Origin: Trichoplax sp. H2
Taxonomy: Eukaryota
Assembly (NCBI GenBank): GCA_003344405.1
Contig: NOWV01000001.1
Span: 62,001 to 126,000 of the forward strand
Length of the DNA: 64,000 nt
Reading direction: 5' to 3'
Shown here piece after piece: positions 56,201 to 64,000 of this stretch. The position numbers and the translations under genes are program-made. Each line of letters opens with the position of its first letter. Positions within the stretch are counted from its first letter, which is position 1. The notes below the pieces were generated by a model. It searched no databases. It was not told where the DNA came from and worked only from the letters and a program-made list of their open reading frames with translations.

Positions 56201-59200
56201 TCTTGAATCTAATACTGTAAATTAAAATCAATAGGGATCAATCAAAACGATAAATAAAAAAAATTAGAGGGACAGTAATATATGCGTAAGGATGCATGTT
56301 ATTAAACTACCTAGGCCAGATGATTTTATGTAGTCCATAAAATATTGTGCTAATAAATCCAATTGCAAATAATATGTATACAAAATATAAGCTTGACTAA
56401 AGTTGAATCGGGGAGGAGAAAATGGAATAAACCAACATAAACATATGATGACTTGCACTTTATATTACATTACTTTACTGTGGACTACTATTAAAATCCT
56501 CCAGTATTTGGCAGTCCAAGCTTTGCCATATTGATTAGGTACCGTTGCAGCCTACTACTATTGGAGGTGTCAATCGCTAAATGTCAGAATTTAAAGAGGA
56601 GGGCAAAGGTAATATCGAGAAAAATTTTCCCCCCAAAATCATGATAATTATTATTATTAAAATAATAAGAGTAAGAATTTATGAATACTGAAATTCTTTA
56701 CGCATCAATCTATCCATCGATAGTATCATGAGAATACTGTAGCGACTACTGTGCACTATGAATATAATTTAAGATAATTATCAGAAAAAGTACGAATGCC
56801 AGCACCAGTTCAATCGTTTCCTATGATTAACTATCGTTGACATCAAAAAGAGAAAGCAAAAGAATTACAGTAATATGGATTGAAAATATTAATTAATCAA
56901 CTTTCTCTGAGCCACAGATGTAAGTGCAGTATATTATAAGCGTATTTAGATAGGGAAATTGTGAAGAATATTTAACCTTAATTAGTAAATCGATCAGTCA
57001 GTCTACCGCATCATAGTATTTTGAAGCAACACATGGACACCGTTATTACCCATATACTCGTACGTATGATTTGTGTATTATATATAAACTAAACTAAATT
57101 GATAGGCTACTACAAGCAAGCTAAAGTTAAAAATATGGCTTTTCCTAATAACATAATTAAAGATTAGATAAAAAGCGGCATTGTTATCGAAGAGAATTAG
57201 GCAGCTTGCTGACTGATTGCCTACCATTCGATAGCATGTTGCACAGTATGTTTTGATGATGTAAAAAAAAAAACAATATTAGTGGGTTACAACAAGGAAA
57301 AGACCAGAAACTACAGTAGTTAATAAAACCCATTAATCAACATGAGTGAAATTGATAGTCCTAAATCCTAATTAGAACTAGTCCATTGGCAAAGGAAAAT
57401 TGGTGAATGATCACGTTCAAGTAGTTAGTGAGCGAGATAGGAATTTCATGAGTGATAAGTTCAACGTGACTGATTATGTAGAGTAATAATTATATAAACA
57501 GCGTTTGCAAAAAGGATGAACGCTAGTGGAATGAGTGAGAGAGAAAATCAATTCCACTACAACATTGATCTTATTAACAGAAAATTTCAACAACCAATTT
57601 GATCATTGTACTGTAGAGGAAAGATAACATCATTATTTCGATAAGAGTCGGGTCCATCTTGAAATGATAGAATTAACTTTGGCATAGCTAGACTATTTTT
57701 GTCAAACAATATATCTCTAATGCTATATCATGTACTTGTGTCGTTTAGCGTTGTTTTTGAATAGCCTTGGTATTGGATCAAAGTCAAAAGGAATGAAGAA
57801 ACCAATTCTGGTCTAGGTCAATATCGTGTTCGAATAGTATAAGGTGACGAAGTGAAGACCAGGACTACGAGAATTCTCGCATACCCGTATACTGTACAAA
57901 TGAGCATTGAAAAGAAATTTTTCTACTGTAGTTCTATTTCAATGCGCTAAATGACATTAAGATGCATTTTAAACCTGTGTAACAATATCAAAGCGTGAAA
58001 GCGTTTCGAGAGAATTTTTAGCTGTATCTAAATATAATCAAGGTACATAATATTGTCATGTCCTTATCAAGATGAATTTTACACCCATTATTTACGTATT
58101 CGATGACAGTGTGATAAGGGAATCTAAAGTTTAGAAAAGAATCTTTCTAACTTCGATCCCATTATAATAAATGAAATTAGCTCATTTTTTAAAATGGGTT
58201 TGGAGACTACTTATTTGATTCAAGGATGAACGATAGGAAAAAGGAATCAAAGTAGCAGCTGAACAACTATGCTATCATGATGGCTATGCAGTAGACATTA
58301 TAATTATTAATATATACTGTCCGACGAAGGTAATGACTCGATACTGTATTGTGTTACGATCAGCAAAAGAAGTTGGGTCATGATGGTCTTTAGTCGTATA
58401 AAAATAATGTTGAGCACTGTTATAACATCATCGATTATCACGATTTATTAGAATTGTAAAGTAGTTGTCAATTTATTGCAAAACCAAAAAGAAAAAAAAG
58501 ACATGAATGCAACTGCGTCTACAGCATGTAAGATTGATCGAGTCCCATCATTTCCATGAGATGAAGAAAGGACGAATTTCAGTATTTGTTTAATCAACCC
58601 GGACAAGCTATACTCCGTTTTTCATATAAGCAAAGAGAATTATTGTATCTAAATACGTATTCAGTCCATCCCCTATCACTTAGGATAACGGATAGTCGTT
58701 GAGTAGAAGTATGTGTGGCCTTTATTAAGACTAACTGGCTTGGATGACGTTGAAGCATGGAAATATCCAATTCTTCAAACATTATACATGCTTGTACAAA
58801 TACAAGCACACATTGTACAGTCGTCTAGCAATGTTGTCCAAACTGACTGCAATGTTCTTTTCACAACAGTCATTAAGAAGCATCAACATCTCCCTTCTAG
58901 GGTCTTATTTTCTTCACTGACAATCATCAAGAAATGTATTTATTTCTTCATTCCTACTGGATGCACACTATCATCACTATCGGCATAGAATATAGTCCAA
59001 TTGATTTCACTGACAGTAGATACTGTGTTGTATTAAGGACGTTTTTCTCTTATGACTTAGCTTACCTCGATCCCAATTGAATTCTTCGTCAATTGCATCG
59101 TCGTCATCTATGAATTCAAGATGATAATTAATTCCATTAACGCTTTATTACTTCAATGACTTGAAATAGAAGTGAAATGAAACATTTTCAAAGCATTTTG

Positions 59201-59472
59201 AGTCCAAAAATTGTATAATAGTTAGCAATGAAATAGGGTAGCCATCCAGTGGATGATGTCTAACATGACTGAAAGTAATTTTCGCTCTCGTCAATCTCCA
59301 TGTATGAATTGACGGTAGAGGACAGGGACGTTGATTACCGGTAGAAAGGACAATCTAAAAAGGTCCCATGAATACTTTGTCAACAGAATTATTACTTACC
59401 AAATTCGGTTCGACTATAAGCTCGGTAAGAATTGCGATGTAATAAAGAAGAACGATTACGATGCGACGCCAT
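44245..59472 (-). CDS. RICTOR: Rapamycin-insensitive companion of mTOR (mTORC2 subunit)
   Basis: Exon 1 MASHRNRSSLLHRNSYRAYSRTEF (59472-59400), exon 2 DDDDAIDEEFNWDR, long intron 53181-59065, then NLNNLVK, KEVRAATIRALRY, ERVQVLR, HVKLLLSGLDY, WGLELLVTQ, VPVHVFGELAQ, KAALWAL, TSFYVLGLIAKT, LGWESVRH, CFGC, IRKEILRLVTSL, YHYRLSTRKFIQGLF. Stop 44245-44247. Confidence 0.93.
54426..55876. repeat. Near-identical direct duplication (760 bp and 671 bp) flanking a 20-N assembly gap
   Basis: 54426-55185 matches 55206-55876 apart from a few SNPs and 25-bp and 64-bp indels. N run at 55186-55205. Confidence 0.95.
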
Positions 59473-60295
59473 GTTGGAGTGGAAAAATTGAGCTTAGAAA
59501 TGGATTGCGCTTGTCGTTGTCACCTCAATGTGGTTGACAGAGCGTGTGACGTAGCTTGTAGGCTGACATGCCCCTCTTTGGTTGACGCCGGTAGGTTATT
59601 GTCCAAAGTTGGACATGATGACAAGCTGATACGACATCACTTTATTCTTCCGTTGATAATGATTATCTATGGTTGATGGGCTAATGACCAGAGCACTCGA
59701 TAGACATTGTCACTGTCCTGCGTCCGGACTTCTGACTCCTGACTACAGACTGGCCGCAATGGCAGTGCGCAGGTGTACCTTGTCTAGTAGTCCATACTAC
59801 ACTAGCCAACACTAGTGCACACCCATCCAAGGCTTGCTTTAACCGCTACTTTGATTAGTAATAGTATACAACATATTCCACAGTCAATAGAAGAAAATAC
59901 AGCAGCTTACATGAGCCATGGACTTGTAGAAATAGATACAGTACTCATCTATTTGGAAAAGTCTATGATTACTGTACAGTACTGTCAGCAACTACTAAAA
60001 AAGAAACAAACAAGACTGCCAACGGTTGTTGACTGTACTAATAGTGTGTAGACTGATTATTTTAATGCCCGTTTCAAGTGAATCGTATGTATGTTACGGC
60101 ACACTATACTTTGCGCGATGGCTATCCAACCCCACCCAATTCCCAGCTAGGTTGGTTTTGTGCAGTATGGTGTACGGTTTCATTCATACCGTATACTAAA
60201 ATGACTGGAAAAATGATCAGCCTCCGCATTATTTTTGCACTGACGGCTGTTGGTAGTCCGTCCCTTTCCTTTCTTATTGACAGTAGGAGTCTTAC

Positions 60296-60364
60296 TGTAC
60301 CGCACCGAACCGAACCGTACCGGACCGAATCGAACCGTATCGCTTCCTATCGCTTCCTATCGCT
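60296..60364. repeat. CGNAC pentamer microsatellite followed by a TATCGCTTCC decamer repeat, upstream of RICTOR
   Basis: tgtac cgcac cgaac cgaac cgtac cggac cgaat cgaac cgtat, then tatcgcttcc x~2.5. Confidence 0.85.
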
Positions 60365-60504
60365 GTCCTGTTACAACTTGGATTGATTTGTGGTAAAGGG
60401 AAAATCTAGTAGGGCGCTCGGAAGGGAAAAAATGGTGAAAATAAAAAGAAATACCTAGCTAGACTCTTCTATATTGTATAGTACTTATACACTACGTATA
60501 GCTA

Positions 60505-61220
60505 GTATAATAAATCATCATCAAATCATCTTTGAAAGTACAAAATGGACATGGGCTGAAAGATGCCTTGATAATAATAAATAATCATAGCATGTATAAT
60601 GTACAATTGAGAATATTATTACATTATTCACAGTTAGTATAATCAACAACCACTAGAAATCCATGGTATTTCTAGTAGCCCTTGGTATAATCATCAAGGT
60701 ATCTTTAAAAGGGCAAAATGGACATAAATTGAAAGATACCTTGATAATCAAAAATCATGGTATAATGGACAATTTAGAATACCATTACATTACTTCCAGT
60801 TCGTATAGTCATTAAAACATCTTTGAAAGGACAGAATGGATATAAATTGAAAGATACCTTGATAATTAAAAATCATAGTATGATGTACAATTAGAATACC
60901 ATTACATTGCTTCCAGTTCGTATAATCATCAAAACATCTTTGAAAGGACGAAACAGATGTAAATTGAAAGATACCTTGATATTTACAAATCATAGTATAA
61001 TGTACAATTTAGAATACTATTATATTACTTACAGTTAGTATAAACATAGTGTAATGTACAATTTAGAATACTGCTATATCACTTACAATTAGTATAATTA
61101 TAATCATCAAAGTATCTTTGAAATGACGAAATGGACACGGGCTGAAAGATACCTCGATAATCAATTAATCATAATCATGGTATAATGTACAGTATGGACA
61201 ATTTAGAGTACTACTACTAC
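60505..61220. repeat. Tandem array of ~118-bp units (about 5 copies), each with an internal inverted repeat
   Basis: GAAAGATACCTTGATA-like core at 60558, 60731, 60849, 60966 and 61144 (spacings 173, 118, 117, 178). Confidence 0.9.
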
Positions 61221-63235
61221 TGGGTTTATATTCCCGAGTACTATACTTTGACGACTAATCCAAGACATTAGTCTCCTTTGATCTATCGTGCAACAAGAGA
61301 TTATCCCAATATAGCGATCACTTTCAATAACAAATCTGCAAGCAATTTGATTTCCAATTAATTGGCACCCGTAAACACTAAACTGAAATAAATCCTTTAC
61401 TGCAAAAATATCGCTATCTTCATGCAAGGTTTTGCGAATAAAAGCGAATCTTGTGTAGGAATTTCTCAAAAATAATTTTCCAAAAATTGAGAAGAAAACA
61501 CCGACAACAACGATCTTGTGAAAGGAAGAAGAAAATAAGTTCGATACTGTACTGTAGTAGTAACATGATATAGGTCTCTCTTCTTCGACAAATTTGCTAT
61601 AAGGACGAAAAAGGATCTGCGACTGTATGTGTCAGATTTACCTTGTGCAACAAGTATATTCTCTCGTAACACGATACAGCTTTCTCTTCTACGACCCATT
61701 TGCGCTCGGAACGTTAGACTTTTCTTGCGCGATCTGAATTCTGTAAAAACATAATACAACTTTCTTTTCTGTGACACATTTGTACTCTGTGCGGCTAAGA
61801 ATCTCTAGTGTGGCGTTGTCCCTTTAACATCTGATCTGACTAAGCTTTAAGTTATCTTAGCTGAATACCTACGTAAAACATTGCATGAAACATACTCATA
61901 TATTGCAGATGATCAAATAAAATGTTAGGGTACAATAAATCAACTGAATTAAAATAATAAATTAATCTCCATCTATAATAAGTATTCTATCTATAACGTT
62001 ATTAAGTTGAAGATATTAGACACGCAATGTACCGCAGCATTGTACAGTATTTATTTATTTCACTGTTAATAACTAATAGTTAACCATGGCTAGGGCTCTT
62101 TACTATCAGAGTAAAAGAACTCTTTGTTGAAAGCGTGGTAAATAATCTTTGCAGTTACAAATGCAGTATCAATTTCGTTGCGCAAAGGCATACCACAAAG
62201 ATGTACTACAGTATAGTAAATCTCTTTCCAAAGTAATTGCATGTCTATCGAAATAAACTCGCATAATTAATAAACACAGGGACTAAAAGAGGAGAGAGTG
62301 TTATATTTATAAAGGTAAAAGAAAAAGCTAATTACAGATACGCCCGTATATTATACAAGACCATAGACTACTAGTCCATGACAACGTACACAGTACAGTT
62401 AAAATAGCGAAATATATAAAATGCCATCGTACTGACAAAAATGGTATGATAGCAACTGCCTTGCCAATAAAACAGAAAACTATTGACGCCATTGATTGCT
62501 AAGAATTTAATATTAATGTACGCGCATAGCGTTTTTTTTGTGCAGTGGCATTTCTACCTAAAGGTTCAATAAATGAAAAAATTCAGGAATATCATGCATA
62601 ACCACTGTAGATTGACTGTGTTACGTTTTTTAACTCCTCAACATTCCAAACAGCTCAAATCTCCTTATGCAATAAAACTCACAGGGGCATTATAGTATGC
62701 AGATAGGAATACCATCGACAAAGTGATACACTACTTGTAATACAATTTTGCTACTACCATATTATCACATGCTATCTATTACAGCCATTAATACCAAACG
62801 TAGCAAACTGTAATAAACATTTTATTCTTTTTATTATTAGTCACTCTCTTACACATACACATACACATTGTATAAGCATAGGACTCTGGTGATATTTTTT
62901 TAAGCTAAATTGTCGTGACTTTACAGTACAAGATAGTTAAACACTGCAAAATTTATACTAAATATTCAGTATGTCATGATGTGTTATGAATTGAGATATA
63001 CTAGTATCGCATAAGGTAACATTTTATAATCCACTTTCCCTAAATTTTCTATTAGCATTTGCGTATTTGTTTAATATTAGAAGTAGATCAATCAATTAAT
63101 ATGCACAAAGCTTCAGTTGTAAAATTAGTATACGAACAGCACGGATTATTGTCAGTTATTCAACTTTACAAGAGTAATTTATAAAAATAAATTATTTCTT
63201 TATACAAGCATTATTTTGTTAGCAATAAACTCATT

Positions 63236-64000
63236 CTAACGAATGACTTTCGCTAACTTAGAATATTCAACACTTTTAGTCTTTTTAACCTTTTCCTTTT
63301 TATCAACGGCAAAACATTTCCAAAATCGTAACGTCTCGTCTGCAGCTGCAGACGCTACAGTAGATCCATCTGGACTTAGAGTCATATATAAAACACGATC
63401 CGTGTGTCCATACAAGTCAGTGACGCGAACCATCGAAGGATACTTCCATATAGTTAGTTGATACTGAGAATACCCATGACCAGAAATTAACTCACGGTAC
63501 TCTTTCGACCATAAAATATTGCAAACCTAAGTATGTCATAAAAGTTATATATTATATGTTATAGTATGTATAAAAAAATCAACTAGTGAACAATAAATAA
63601 TCTGATCTGATCGGAATATGTGCTGGTAGTATGGTACGATCAATGGAATTTTTAGGTACAATGCATTCATAAAAGTATTAACAATGTTAAATACCCAACG
63701 AAAGACTAATATTGAGAACAATGGACAACTTATATAGCTCAATGTACCTGTGACGCAGTATCGATACTATTTAAACAACTTCCTGTAGATGCATTCCAAA
63801 GTTTAATACATCGATCAGCGGTACCGCCTCCAGTTGCCAATAAGTTATCGTGCCAAGGACACCAAGATACAGCCTAATCATGACAAGTAAAAACGTGGAC
63901 AGTAAATTAATGGAGATTGTTACAAGAGCCATGCAAAGATGATGATTAACATTCCGTACCTTAACGGCAGCTTGATGATCAGTTAACGAATGCAACATAG
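63236..64000 (-). CDS. CDC20: Cell division cycle protein 20 (APC/C activator), 3' portion only
   Basis: Exons 64000-63960 (HQAAVK), 63873-63748 ([27 protein letters not shown]) and 63526-63236 ([19 protein letters not shown]...[11 protein letters not shown]...KVIR*). Has the C-terminal IR tail; WCPW and GHG favour CDC20 over FZR1. Confidence 0.92.

Noticed and set aside
58594..58988. Opposing short ORFs inside RICTOR intron 2 (nested gene?)
   Set aside because: No recognisable domain or splice-consistent extension.
60790..60993. 67-aa ORF with an internal repeat
   Set aside because: By-product of the tandem array; 117/118-bp spacing breaks the frame between units.
60505..61220. CRISPR-like repeat-spacer array
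   Set aside because: Whole units, including the putative spacers, are homologous. The repeats are long and degenerate, no cas genes are present, and the context is eukaryotic.
61203..61870. Minus-strand ORFs of 88 and 103 aa downstream of CDC20
   Set aside because: Non-ATG starts, no recognisable motifs and no consistent exon chain. A lncRNA or decayed element cannot be excluded.

Overview
AT-rich eukaryotic (animal-like) genomic DNA with dense genes and mostly short GT-AG introns. The architecture fits a compact early-branching metazoan such as a placozoan (inference only). By manual splicing I reconstruct 14 protein genes: a calcineurin-like phosphoesterase of the SMPDL3/Ppn1 type (-), a probable kinetochore DSN1 (+), three sigma-class GSTs (-,-,+), MSH5 (-), a rhodanese (-), EIF2B3 (+), ERMP1 (-), an intronless orphan with an internal repeat and a degenerate MPN-like C-terminus (+), TRAPPC5 (-), ketohexokinase (+), RICTOR (-, with a ~5.9 kb intron holding an assembly gap) and the 3' part of CDC20 (-). 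Ten genes form five head-to-head pairs. The most interesting observations are a type-II-membrane GNND phosphoesterase resembling fungal endopolyphosphatase Ppn1, a DSN1 with a fungal-type GFxF-R (monopolin/Csm1-binding-like) motif, the orphan pseudo-MPN gene, TACAGTA palindromes between divergent genes, a 50-bp-arm intronic hairpin, and a hairpin-containing ~118-bp tandem array. No rRNA, tRNA, CRISPR or recognisable transposase was seen. All homology calls come from motif recognition by eye, not database searches.
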